From positions 44,189 through 108,188 of the forward strand of contig CAZGJX010000003.1 of assembly GCA_964525635.1 (NCBI GenBank): DNA of 64,000 nucleotides. The letters run 5' to 3'. The translations under genes were made by a program, and so were the position numbers. This document shows, piece after piece, positions 29,935 to 40,633 of this stretch. This DNA comes from an uncultured archaeon. Lineage in GTDB: Archaea > Asgardarchaeota > Lokiarchaeia > Sigyniarchaeales > SOKP01. Each line of letters opens with the position of its first letter. Position 1 is the stretch's first letter. Under the pieces are notes generated by a model. The model was not told where the DNA came from, searched no databases, and saw only the letters and a program-made list of their open reading frames with translations.

Positions 29935-31314
29935 ATGATTAAAACTAAAAATAAAAAGCCTGAAAAAACAGATTCTGGATTGCAAATATTATTTGGATTT
30001 CCTAAATTCGGAACATCATTAATCCTAGGATTAGAAACATTTTCCATGTTTACCCTTTATCCAAGTATTTTTGGATTGAATTACATTCTAACAGGAATTT
30101 CTTTAGCATTTGGTTATATATGTATAGCTTTAGGTCAATTAACTTTTGGATGGTTAAGTGATAGACGCTATACAAAATTAGGAAGAAGAAAACCTTATCT
30201 TTTGATATTATCACCAGTATTAGGTTTATCTTTTATTTTTCTATTTCTGCCTAATATGTTCTTACCAAATATTGATGATCAAATTATTTTATTTCTTTGG
30301 TTATTCACTTTTGAGGGTTTATTTAAATTTAGTTATGCAGTAACAATCCCTTATCAATCATGGATGGTAGAAGTCTTCCCTAATGAACAAAGACCAGAAG
30401 TATCTCAAATACAAAATATATTCAATTATATTGGGGTAGGTCTCATGGCAGTTATCACTTTTTTTATATTTGATGAGATATATGATTCTTTTAAAATTAA
30501 TCCATATCTAATTCCAATCAAATATTTATCTATTGTTATAATCACAGGTATTACAATTTGGATAATATTTTATTTAATAGTATTAGTTTTTCCAACGGAA
30601 CCATATCACGAAATTAAACATACTGGTATCAAAGAAAGTATAAAGATTATGAAGGAGAATAAGGATTTAATGAGGGTAATTCTCTCAAATGGTATAGCAG
30701 CGATAGCATGGGCAATTTTTGCTAGTGGTACGTTACTCTTTAATAAAGAAGTATTAGGGTTAGAAAAAACACAATATTTAATCATAGGAGTTTTTCTGGG
30801 AATTGGCACTTTACTTTTCCTATCTTTTTGGAGAGAAAGAATTGAATTAAAAGGAAAAAAAAAAATTCTTTTACAATTATTGATTATAGCAACTATTTTA
30901 TCACCAGTCACATTATTGGGCTTATTATGTGATTATATTTATCCATTAATTATAGGAATAATATTTACCACTTCAATGGGATTAATAAGAGCAGGTTTGA
31001 ATTTATTTCCATATATTATATATGCAGATATTTCCCAAGATAATGCAAAAAAATCAGGACAATTATTAGCAGGTATCTTTACAGGATTCCCTCTAATGAT
31101 TTTAAATGCGTTTCAAGCTCTTGGAATGATATTATTGGGTATTTTTGGTACCTTTCCAAAAATAACTATTAATTCAATTGAATTTCCGATAGGATTAACT
31201 CTATGGGGACCAGTTTGTTCTATTATATTAATTATAGCTTATCTAATTACAAAAAAATATGTTATTTTAGATTTTGAATGGGAAAAGAAAAAAAATGGTA
31301 AAAAAGAAAAATAA
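29935..31314 (+). CDS. MFS transporter (GPH/MelB-like)
   Basis: GWLSDRRYTKLGRRKPY motif, IPYQS, about 12 TMs. Confidence 0.88.
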   Translation: MIKTKNKKPEKTDSGLQILFGFPKFGTSLILGLETFSMFTLYPSIFGLNYILTGISLAFGYICIALGQLTFGWLSDRRYTKLGRRKPYLLILSPVLGLSFIFLFLPNMFLPNIDDQIILFLWLFTFEGLFKFSYAVTIPYQSWMVEVFPNEQRPEVSQIQNIFNYIGVGLMAVITFFIFDEIYDSFKINPYLIPIKYLSIVIITGITIWIIFYLIVLVFPTEPYHEIKHTGIKESIKIMKENKDLMRVILSNGIAAIAWAIFASGTLLFNKEVLGLEKTQYLIIGVFLGIGTLLFLSFWRERIELKGKKKILLQLLIIATILSPVTLLGLLCDYIYPLIIGIIFTTSMGLIRAGLNLFPYIIYADISQDNAKKSGQLLAGIFTGFPLMILNAFQALGMILLGIFGTFPKITINSIEFPIGLTLWGPVCSIILIIAYLITKKYVILDFEWEKKKNGKKEK

Positions 31315-31328
31315 ATTTAGATAAAAGT

Positions 31329-32098
31329 TTAAACGTCTCGTGTTCTAAATCTTAGATAAGCAAGAATAATACTAGGAATTAAATAACATAGCAACATTAC
31401 TACTACCCAATCGACTTTTAATATAATAACAATTTCTTCAGAGGTAACTTCACCTCCAAAAATAGATTGTCCGACTAATTCAGAATAAAAAGGGAAATAA
31501 TAGGGGCTATTGACAAAAGCAAGGAGTATTCCAAAAGCAGCTCCTAATATAATCAGTGTAATAAAAGCCATAGTCATAGCTTGAGAACCAGATCGGAAAA
31601 TGGTACTATGTAATATATATATAGCCGCATAAGTGATTCCAGATAAGCAAGAAAGCCCAAACCATATAAATAATTCAGTTGGAATTTGTTGATAATATAT
31701 AATTGAATAGATCATTAATTCAATCAAGCAAGGTCCAATCCATATTAAAATAATTGTTAAAACAGCAAGAGTTTTACCAATAAAAAAGTTTGTTCTCCCT
31801 GTTTTAGTAAAATTTGTAAGTACTGTTCGTTTATCAAACTCATCTGTTAAAATTCCTCCTGCAAAAAATAGGGAAATAATTAATATTATCATCCCATAAT
31901 TTTGGGTTATGGAGGATAAAAACTCTTTCGGATTTGGTGGAAGAAAAAAACCAATGAGAATCCCATATAAATTTATAATTAATATTCCTAAAAAGAGAAG
32001 ATGTAAATATCTTTTCTTTTTAGAGATAATTCAAACTTATAAACTTCAGATATTAATCTTGGATTAGTTCCTCTTTTGATTTCTATATCAACGGACAT
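31329..32098 (-). pseudogene. ABC-2 permease, frameshifted near the 5' end
   Basis: ATG at 32098 (MSVDIEIKRG...) shifts frame near 32020. The downstream frame leads into the ORF with ILTDEFDKRT, FIGK and LAYLRFRTRDV. Confidence 0.7.
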
Positions 32099-32099
32099 T

Positions 32100-33125
32100 T
32101 TAATTATAACCTCTTTTCTTTTTTAATTTAGAATCCGTTTCAATCAGATCTAGATATAAATCTTCTAGACGAGAAGACCTGACTTTACTAAATCCAATTA
32201 TAGGTAGCTTTAAATCTAATGATAAAATATCATGTATTTCTTTTCTCGATTTAGGCTTCCCATCATAGTATATATAGAATCCAGATAAATTTTCATTATA
32301 TTGAACTATTGCTTTTGTATCTTCAACACAATAAGGAACGATTCTTTCAGATAAATCTTTAGTATAGTATTCAATTTTATTATTTTTGATAGGATCAAGT
32401 AATTCAACGGCTATTTCTTTTATTGTCATTTTTTGTTCAAGATTAACTATTTTATCAACAGCTATGAGTTCTCCATGATTTATAATGGCAATTCTATCAC
32501 AGATTTCAGATATTTCATATAGCATATGTGAAGATAAGAAAATTGTTTTTCCTAATTCTTTATTTTTTTTCATAATGTTTCTTACTTGTACACGCCCTTC
32601 AGAATCCAATCCGGTTTGAGGTTCATCTAAAACAGCCACAACGGGATCATGAATAAGAGCTTGAGCCAATCCAAGTCATTGTGTCATTCCATTTGAAAAT
32701 TCTTTAATCTTTTTATTTTTCCATTGGATCATTTCAACCAAATCTAATACCCAATCAATTTGCTGTTCTATTTTATGTCTTGGAACACCTAATAAACTAC
32801 AATAATAGCTAAGATTCATTTTTGGTGTTGCCTATCCATAAAAAGCGGGTATATCAATTAAAAAACCAAATTTTTTGTATAATTCTAATGGGTGATCATT
32901 TATATTAATAAAATCTCCATTACCTGTGTTAATTTCAATAAATCCAGAGGTTGGTTTAACTAATCCACCGAGCATCTTCATCGTAGCTGTTTTACCCGCA
33001 CCATTTGGTCCTACAAATCCTAAAATCTCTCCTTTTTAAACTTCAAGATTCAATTTATTCACCGCTATAAGATCACTATATTCCTTAGTTGTGTTATTAA
33101 ATCTTGCGATAGTGTTATCTATCAT
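32100..33125 (-). pseudogene. ABC transporter ATPase with three in-frame stops
   Basis: A single frame from ATG 33125 gives [11 protein letters not shown] and FSNGMTQ*LGLAQAL..VLDEP. Stops: TAA 33036-38, TAG 32832-34, TGA 32676-78. Confidence 0.85.
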
Positions 33126-33365
33126 ATTTCTCATTTAATTTGATTTAGAATCATATCAATTATCTTTTGTTTGAAAAAAGTCATATTTAATTTTAAAAAG
33201 ATTTGGAGTCCAATTTTTCAATTTATAAGAGTGCCATGACCTTAAATAAGAAAATATAATCAGATGTAACTTTTTAAAAAATAACTGAAATTGAATTAAT
33301 CATTATAATTAAAATCAAAATTCTTTTAATTGATTTATTTTTATTAATTAAATAGAATAATCATA

Positions 33366-34778
33366 ATGAATATAAGGGAAATGTCAAAGTCAGGAATAGA
33401 ACGATTAGAAGAATTAAAGTCAAAAATCTATCAATGTATTCATTGTAAGGCTTGTAGATTTGCCTATTCAGGTCAACCAAGTAAGGAAGGCATTGGTGAA
33501 TATGAAGGGAAACAGGGAAAAATTCTTTATGAAGGTATGATTGATTCCTGCCCTGCAGGTATTGAATATGGTTGGGAAGCTTTCTGGAATGCTGGGATAA
33601 TCTGGATTGCTCGTTCTATTTTAAGTGGAGATCTAAATATTTCTGAATCCGTGAGAGATGTTATTATGCCATGTATTACATGTGGAATGTGTTCAACTCA
33701 ATGTGAAAATAAAATTCCAACTGTAGATATCATTGAAGCCTTAAGAGCTGCTTGTGTTGAGGCAGGTGTACCTTTAGTAGAAAAACATGAAGTAATTAAA
33801 AAATTAGTAGAAGAACTGAATAATCCGTATGGAGGAAAAGCTGAAGAACGTTTTCAATGGGTAAAGGATGCTGGTTTCGAAAAATATATTAACAATAAAG
33901 ATGCAAAAATCGCTTATTATGTTGGATGTACAGCAAGTTATCGTCAAAAAGAAATCGCTATTGCAACCTGTAAAATTTTTGAAAAGCTTGGAATTAATTT
34001 CACCCTGATCCGTGAAGAAGTTTGCTGTGGAAGTCCATTTTTCAGAATTGGAGCCACAGAAACAGCCCAAGAATTAATGAAAAAAAATCTTGAGAGTTTT
34101 AAAAAAGTAAAAAAAATATTTTTCTCCTGTGCTGGATGTTATAGAACTTTTACAATTGATTATCCAAAATGGAATAAATCAAAAAAAAATCCATTTCAGA
34201 CATTACATGCTTTTGAATTAATCACACAATTGATAATTGATGATAAAATTAAATTTAAAGCAAATAAAAATCTGAAGGATAAGGTAGTTACTTATCATGA
34301 TCCATGTCATACGGGTAGACACTTTGGTATCGAATTTGAACAAGAACTTATTGAACAGAGTGAAAATTTAATGTTTGATATGAGGAAACTCAATGAAAAA
34401 CTTGAGGAATGGTTTGAAAAACCACGTATCATTCTAAAAAAGTTAGAAGAAGATGTAGGAATTCAATTTAAAGAGATGTATCGTATTAAAATGGATTCTA
34501 TGTGTTGTGGGGCTGGAGGCGGAGTAAGAGCAGCTTATCCAGATTTCTCTCTAAAAACTGCAAGTCTAAGGTGTGATGAAGCCAATGCTATAGGCGCAGA
34601 TATATTAACCACAGAATGTCCCTTTTGTTTTCGAAATTTAAGTGATGCTAATGAGAAATTTAAACATGAATTACAAGTGTATGGATTATTGGAAATTATC
34701 GATAAATTCGATTTATTAGAGATAATAGATACTCCATCTGAAGAATATGTATTAGATTTAAGGAGAAATATTCTCTGA
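33366..34778 (+). CDS. Fe-S oxidoreductase, GlpC/GlcF/HdrD-like (ferredoxin + two CCG domains)
   Basis: CIHCKAC, CITCGMCSTQC, YYVGC, EVCCGSP, YHDPCH, CCGAGGG, ECPFC. Confidence 0.9.
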   Translation: MNIREMSKSGIERLEELKSKIYQCIHCKACRFAYSGQPSKEGIGEYEGKQGKILYEGMIDSCPAGIEYGWEAFWNAGIIWIARSILSGDLNISESVRDVIMPCITCGMCSTQCENKIPTVDIIEALRAACVEAGVPLVEKHEVIKKLVEELNNPYGGKAEERFQWVKDAGFEKYINNKDAKIAYYVGCTASYRQKEIAIATCKIFEKLGINFTLIREEVCCGSPFFRIGATETAQELMKKNLESFKKVKKIFFSCAGCYRTFTIDYPKWNKSKKNPFQTLHAFELITQLIIDDKIKFKANKNLKDKVVTYHDPCHTGRHFGIEFEQELIEQSENLMFDMRKLNEKLEEWFEKPRIILKKLEEDVGIQFKEMYRIKMDSMCCGAGGGVRAAYPDFSLKTASLRCDEANAIGADILTTECPFCFRNLSDANEKFKHELQVYGLLEIIDKFDLLEIIDTPSEEYVLDLRRNIL

Positions 34779-34888
34779 TATGAAATATCATTTATAGAAT
34801 TTCTCACTTCTTCCTTTATTAATTAACCACAAAAAGGTTTTATCTAAGTGATTTTAGATTAGTTTATCAGTAATTTTAATAATTTTCT

Positions 34889-36418
34889 TTAAAAACTTAT
34901 TACAGCAATCATTCCAATTATAATTAAACTTAAATTAATTGATAATATTATAACTTCCAATCTCCTACCCTTCTTTAAAAACCTAAGAATAAATGTTAAA
35001 TTAACTATTAATGCTACATTAAAAATAAATAAAAGAAGAGCACGAATATTATCATCAATAGTAAATGAGGGTAAATGAAAAAGATCACGAACTATAAATA
35101 AAATTCCATATAAAATTAAGCTAAATATTATTATTGCTAATATTGGTTCGAACTTCTTCTGCTTACGGATCCACTTCCCCAATTTATTATATGGATAAGC
35201 TATTAAAGTAATACCTATTAGCATAATAGGGAGGGAGATGAACCAAAAAGTTCCAAGATAAACACCATCAAAATAGTTATAAAATATAAGACTATTTGTT
35301 TTTACTGAAAGGTTATGTAGTATATAAATTGCAAATATCTCTCTACCAGGTAATTCAATTGCTTTCAAAACTTTATTTGGTTTTTTTTTTATCATGGTAA
35401 AAGCGAATATAAGAACAGAATATCCTATCATAGGAAAAATAAATGTTCTAATAATATTTGTAAAAGGAATGTGAATATCTGGTATATTTAGAATTATAAA
35501 AGCACGGCTATCTGTAGTTAAATAGCTTCTATTTCCCCATGGATGCATAAAAGATGCTAAAATCAGGTATAATCCAATAAAAAATGTCAAAGATATAAAA
35601 GAAATATTCCTGATTGTTACACTTTCCTTTAATTTTTTTAAATTTGCCATATTATCTTGACTTAACCAGTATCCAAACATAACTCCAAAAAAGAATGAGA
35701 AATATTTTGGCGGTAACATATACATACCTTCAATATATAGATCTTGGTTTAGAAGATCTTTACTTAAATCTATAGATAATTCATTTAAATTTGTATAAAA
35801 AATAACATAAAGAACATAAAGAATAATGACTGAAATTAATGTAATATAGAAATATCTTCTTACCAAATAATAAAATAGTGGAAAAATTAAATATACCGAT
35901 AAAAGAAAAGTAATAAACCAATAATGGGCGCAAATCCCCCAGAAATTAGTTCGAGTAGCAAAAGGATATGATTGTAATCCACTTAGATATAATAAATCAT
36001 TATCTAAAGAATAAGGTCTTAAATCATCTTGTTGGAAGTAAAAAATAAAGATGATATTTATTATTACACCTAAAATAAATAAAGGAAAGATCCTTATTAA
36101 TCTACTTTTATACCATTTTAACCACGAATGGTTTTCTCTTTTTCGTGTCTCTATACCAATTACCAACAACATTCCAATAAAAACTATGATAACTTCAACC
36201 GTAGGATATCCAATCTCTATTAAAAACATGAAAATTGGATGTCTAGTATCTTTAGAAAATGGAATAAATGACATATTCCAATGTTGGACAACAGTGAATA
36301 AAATAAAAATAGCTTTTAATAGATCTATTGCTGAGGAAGTACCTGGATCAATAGGTAACTTGCTTCTTGGAACTTTTTCTAAATTTATTATTGATTCTAT
36401 TTCATTATTTTCCGTCAT
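34889..36418 (-). CDS. Acyltransferase-3 (OafA/NodX-like) membrane O-acyltransferase
   Basis: IDLLKAIFILFTVVQH, SRLIRIFP, HYWFI....VYLIFP, FAIYILH; extra C-terminal TMs. Confidence 0.82.
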   Translation of the reverse strand: MTENNEIESIINLEKVPRSKLPIDPGTSSAIDLLKAIFILFTVVQHWNMSFIPFSKDTRHPIFMFLIEIGYPTVEVIIVFIGMLLVIGIETRKRENHSWLKWYKSRLIRIFPLFILGVIINIIFIFYFQQDDLRPYSLDNDLLYLSGLQSYPFATRTNFWGICAHYWFITFLLSVYLIFPLFYYLVRRYFYITLISVIILYVLYVIFYTNLNELSIDLSKDLLNQDLYIEGMYMLPPKYFSFFFGVMFGYWLSQDNMANLKKLKESVTIRNISFISLTFFIGLYLILASFMHPWGNRSYLTTDSRAFIILNIPDIHIPFTNIIRTFIFPMIGYSVLIFAFTMIKKKPNKVLKAIELPGREIFAIYILHNLSVKTNSLIFYNYFDGVYLGTFWFISLPIMLIGITLIAYPYNKLGKWIRKQKKFEPILAIIIFSLILYGILFIVRDLFHLPSFTIDDNIRALLLFIFNVALIVNLTFILRFLKKGRRLEVIILSINLSLIIIGMIAVISF

Positions 36419-36770
36419 ATAAACAAATTTTAAAATAATATATGAATATTAAATTTAATTTAATACTATAAAGGTAATTATGATTAAATCATCTATTTTT
36501 CGCAAATCCAATAATTCTTGATTATGATTGTTAATATCAGCTATAATTAACTAAAAATTTATAAAAACAAAAAACCAATCAAATAAATTCCTCGATGATT
36601 ATAATTATCATAAAAATAAAATTTTCATATAAATCTGTTGAAAAATTTAGCTTATAGTTATCCTAAGAAAAAAATAATCATAAGGAGATTGAATAAATTA
36701 ATTTAGAAAAAAATACTTGCAGATTTTAAATATCATTTAGAATTGATAAGAAGAGAAGATTTTTGGTATA

Positions 36771-39365
36771 ATGAATATATTATTTGAAAAGATCTTAAAA
36801 TATAAATTTGAGATCATTTGTTTTACTATATTCTTCTATTTTTTATTATATTTAAGGGTCATTACTCCTTATCACGATACTTACTTAGAATGGAAATTTG
36901 ATCCTTATCACGATACTTACTTAGAATGGAAATTTGATTGGGATTTTTATAGACTTATGTACAACGATATAACAATTGTCTTTAACCGGGAGAACCCAGA
37001 GGTTATAGCTCCTTTTTGCTATAGGATTTTAACACCACTTGTAGTAAGATTATTTCCTTTTGAAGACATGACTTTAAACTGGGGATTATATAGTTTTATT
37101 TTTATTTATTTAACGGGTATAGTGCTTTATTTTATATTTAGAATTTATTTCAATAAATATATCTCAATGGTGGGACTTATTTTATTCTGTTATTTGTGCT
37201 TTACCTCTCCAACGATTCCTTCATTTGGTGATAGTATATATGATTATTATTTTATGCAATACTATTTTTACATGGTTTTTCATGTTGATCCTTTAGCGTA
37301 TTTTCTTTTAATGTTATGTTTCTATAGTATTTTAAAATCAAATAAAAAATTATTTTGTATTTCTCTCTTATTAGGTATATTAACAAAAGAATCTATTCTA
37401 TTCACAATTCCGGTGTATTTAATCCATGAATATTTAAAGAGAAGAAAAATCAAGAATCGAGAAAAATCAATCTATAATTTTCTAAACGGTTTTAAACCCA
37501 TAGTACCAACTATATTAATCTTTATTTTAATGAGAATTATAATTACTCCAAAATCTTCCTTAGAAGAAGTCTATTGGGATGAATACTATCAAGGAAATGA
37601 ATATATGTCATTAGGAATGATAGAAGTGTTATTAAAGTATTTAATTTCCGATTATCATGATTTTGGCTGGGGTATATTGGATTATTCAATTCTTTTTTGG
37701 AGTCCACTATTATTTATTTTATTTTGTTTTAATAAAAAGAAAGATGTCTTCAATTGGTTTAAATTATATAGTGTTTTTATAGCTGCTATATATTTTCAAA
37801 TGATGATAGCAGGTGAAAGATCTCGTGCTCTCTTTTTTGGTTTTTTCCCAATACTTTTATTAGCGGTTTCTGGAGTAAATAATATTTATGAAATTATCCA
37901 AAAAAAAATCAATTATCGAAAAGCAAAAAAAGAGAATAATAACTTACCAATTAAAGAGGTTTTAATAAAAAAAGAAGAATTAATCCCATTGGATCCTATT
38001 TCACAATCCCAATTATTTTTTAAGCATCCTATTCTTCCAGAGGTACTTTATGGTGCTGTTATTTTAAGAGGGAAGTTGAAATTGGATGTATTAAATAATT
38101 CATATAAAAAAGTTATGGAAAAAAATCCTCATCTTCACGATATTTTAATTAAAAAGCGTGTGGGTGTGTTTTATAAAATATTTAGAAAACCTATTCAACC
38201 TCTCCCAATAGGAGAAATTAATTTGGTAAATTCAAATCTTCCATATCGGGAAAGATTACTTGAACATTTTAAATCTTCATTATCTAAGCATATTGATCCA
38301 TTTAGAGAACCGACTTTTTATGCATATTATGTAAAATTAGATGAAAATATATTTGCTATTGCTTACATTTCTCATCATACTACATTGGATGGAATTGGAT
38401 TTGTAAATTTTTATCAGGAATTATTTTCATATTATTATAAAGAAATCTATAAAAAAGAAAGTGAGTGGTCGAAGTCAGTAGGATTTATAAGCCTTAGAGA
38501 TAAAAAAAATGAGGGTAATATAAAAATGGTCCCTTTAATTAAGCCACGATTTTCAATTAAAAAAACTATAAAAACAATAACAGTATTTTTATCATTTAGA
38601 AAAGCCCGAAAATTCACAATAAACCGTCCTTTATCTGAACTAAGCCATGCAAACCTTTTAAAAATCGAAAAAAATACTTTAAAGAAAATAAAACAATATG
38701 GAAAATCACTTAATTCTACTGTAAATGATGTTTTATTAGCATTATTATTTAGAACACTCTTTATTATATTTCCTGAGATAGAGAATAAAAAAAAAACCCA
38801 TTATACAATAAGCGTACCAATTAATATTAAGAAAAAAATATCACCTAATAAAAGGATTATAAATAACATGACAAGCCTTTTTATTAGCATAGAAGGTTCT
38901 CAATTTAGAAATGTGGAAAAGATACTTAAAATAATAAACACAACCAAGAAAAAACAAATTGAAATGGGATTAGATATTTATCAATATCATGTTTTACGCA
39001 TATTATTAAAAATCACTCAATTATTTCCCTTTAATCTAAGTCGGAAATTATTTCATAAGTTATTTCAATTCCCATTTACGTCATTATTTAGTAATTTTGG
39101 GATATTATGGCCTGAAATTGTTGATGGAGGCGTTACGGGGAAAAGTTTCTTAACAAAAATTGGAGACGAACTTGAAATATTAGATGTAGATTTGGGTTAT
39201 TCTCTACTTCCCCATATTGGACATGAATTTGTTACTTTTACTTATCGAGAGCAACTTCATATTTATCTTTCTACTTATGATGCATTTTTTTCTAAAGAAC
39301 AATCAAAAAGATTTATAGATGTATTCCATCAAGAAATAGAAAAATTATCAAATAAAAAAAGCTAA
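36771..39365 (+). CDS. GT-C-like multi-pass membrane domain fused to a condensation/PapA-type (HHxxxDG) acyltransferase
   Basis: N-terminal approx. 375 aa has many TMs with APFCYRILTP, HVDPL and GILTKESIL. C-terminal part has SHHTTLDG, STVNDVLLALL and FSNFG. Confidence 0.72.
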   Translation: MNILFEKILKYKFEIICFTIFFYFLLYLRVITPYHDTYLEWKFDPYHDTYLEWKFDWDFYRLMYNDITIVFNRENPEVIAPFCYRILTPLVVRLFPFEDMTLNWGLYSFIFIYLTGIVLYFIFRIYFNKYISMVGLILFCYLCFTSPTIPSFGDSIYDYYFMQYYFYMVFHVDPLAYFLLMLCFYSILKSNKKLFCISLLLGILTKESILFTIPVYLIHEYLKRRKIKNREKSIYNFLNGFKPIVPTILIFILMRIIITPKSSLEEVYWDEYYQGNEYMSLGMIEVLLKYLISDYHDFGWGILDYSILFWSPLLFILFCFNKKKDVFNWFKLYSVFIAAIYFQMMIAGERSRALFFGFFPILLLAVSGVNNIYEIIQKKINYRKAKKENNNLPIKEVLIKKEELIPLDPISQSQLFFKHPILPEVLYGAVILRGKLKLDVLNNSYKKVMEKNPHLHDILIKKRVGVFYKIFRKPIQPLPIGEINLVNSNLPYRERLLEHFKSSLSKHIDPFREPTFYAYYVKLDENIFAIAYISHHTTLDGIGFVNFYQELFSYYYKEIYKKESEWSKSVGFISLRDKKNEGNIKMVPLIKPRFSIKKTIKTITVFLSFRKARKFTINRPLSELSHANLLKIEKNTLKKIKQYGKSLNSTVNDVLLALLFRTLFIIFPEIENKKKTHYTISVPINIKKKISPNKRIINNMTSLFISIEGSQFRNVEKILKIINTTKKKQIEMGLDIYQYHVLRILLKITQLFPFNLSRKLFHKLFQFPFTSLFSNFGILWPEIVDGGVTGKSFLTKIGDELEILDVDLGYSLLPHIGHEFVTFTYREQLHIYLSTYDAFFSKEQSKRFIDVFHQEIEKLSNKKS
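36866..36937 (+). repeat. Perfect in-frame 36-bp tandem duplication
   Basis: tccttatcacgatacttacttagaatggaaatttga occurs twice, duplicating PYHDTYLEWKFD. Confidence 0.95.
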
Positions 39366-40498
39366 TTTTTTTCTAAATAGTCAGGTATATCATAATTCCA
39401 TTCCTTTAAAGCAAAATCCCAATATTTCTTAACCTTTTCTATTGTAGAAATACTATATACATATTTATTCTTTTTATAATTTGCAGTTTCTTTAAGATAG
39501 TCTTTAAAAAGAGGTTTAATATCTTCAAATCCATTCAATTTGAACTTTTGATAGATTTTTTTTAATTGCTTAATTGGATTCTCTTCTAAATCTTTAAAGG
39601 TAAGTTCAATGTAATTTTCTTCTGGAATTAAATCTTTCTCTTTTAAGAAAGTAAGCATCATATCTTTATATATCGTTATTATGTTTTTATCAATTTCTTT
39701 TTTGGAAATTGGTTGCAAATTGAGCCATGGTAATACAGAATCATATAATTTATGAGTTGACATATAAATTTCAAAAGGATTTCTATGAATATTGATAAAC
39801 TTTGCGTTGGGGAATAATTCCAAGAGAATTTTTATACGAACAGTATTAGCAGGGTTCTTTATAACGAGAGACTTCCTTCTAATGTAGTATTTCGCTTTCT
39901 TTAATAACTCAAGATAAACTCTTTTCCATTCTTCCTTCACTTTGGATGGAACTTTTTTTAAACATGTGTATTTTATATAATTCTCTATCATTTGTTGAGG
40001 AAAATACCAACTAACATAAAATCCATAAGGACATAAACTTCCTAAAGCAAATTCATCTTCTTGTGGCTCATCAACTCCAATTTTTACATTATCTTGGGGA
40101 CGTGTATCTGGCATAAAAACTTTCATCATATTTCTGAAAATTTTAAGATATATAAATGATTTTGGAAAAAAAGCTTGAGTCATTGTGACGTACCCAAATT
40201 GAGGGTCTTTACATAGTAAATTATGAAGATGAGTTGTACCACTCCTCCAATGACCTAAAATAATAACAGGATCATCTGGTAATTTAACTTTCTCAACAAT
40301 TTTCTTTAATTTCTTAGATTCAAGATAACGAACTGGTATTCCAATCATATTTATAAGAACAATCCCTACTAATCTTGGAAAATATTTTTTAGATATCGTT
40401 CGATTCATGACAAGGATTCTTATTAAATTTCTCAATGAACCTCCTATAGCAGGATTTATTGATCTCTTCTTTTTCTGTTTCTTATCATTTGAAACCAT
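39362..40498 (-). CDS. PAPS-dependent sulfotransferase (Sulfotransfer_3, Stf3-like)
   Basis: ILGHWRSGTTHLHNLL 5'-PSB loop, PQEDEF, IKNP..T.RI, IHRNP...YMS 3'-PB motif. Confidence 0.9.
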   Translation of the reverse strand: MVSNDKKQKKKRSINPAIGGSLRNLIRILVMNRTISKKYFPRLVGIVLINMIGIPVRYLESKKLKKIVEKVKLPDDPVIILGHWRSGTTHLHNLLCKDPQFGYVTMTQAFFPKSFIYLKIFRNMMKVFMPDTRPQDNVKIGVDEPQEDEFALGSLCPYGFYVSWYFPQQMIENYIKYTCLKKVPSKVKEEWKRVYLELLKKAKYYIRRKSLVIKNPANTVRIKILLELFPNAKFINIHRNPFEIYMSTHKLYDSVLPWLNLQPISKKEIDKNIITIYKDMMLTFLKEKDLIPEENYIELTFKDLEENPIKQLKKIYQKFKLNGFEDIKPLFKDYLKETANYKKNKYVYSISTIEKVKKYWDFALKEWNYDIPDYLEKN

Positions 40499-40633
40499 TA
40501 TCCCTAACCTCTTATAAAGTTTTAATATCTAACCAGTTAGTAAGGTAAATCTTTTTTTTGTATTAAATCTATAGCTTATTCGAATATCTTGGTAAACTTA
40601 AACTTTTTAAAAATAAAAAATTTTTAAAATTAT

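Noticed and set aside
36866-36937. CRISPR repeat (36 bp)
   Set aside because: Only two copies, no spacer, in frame inside a CDS, and no cas genes.
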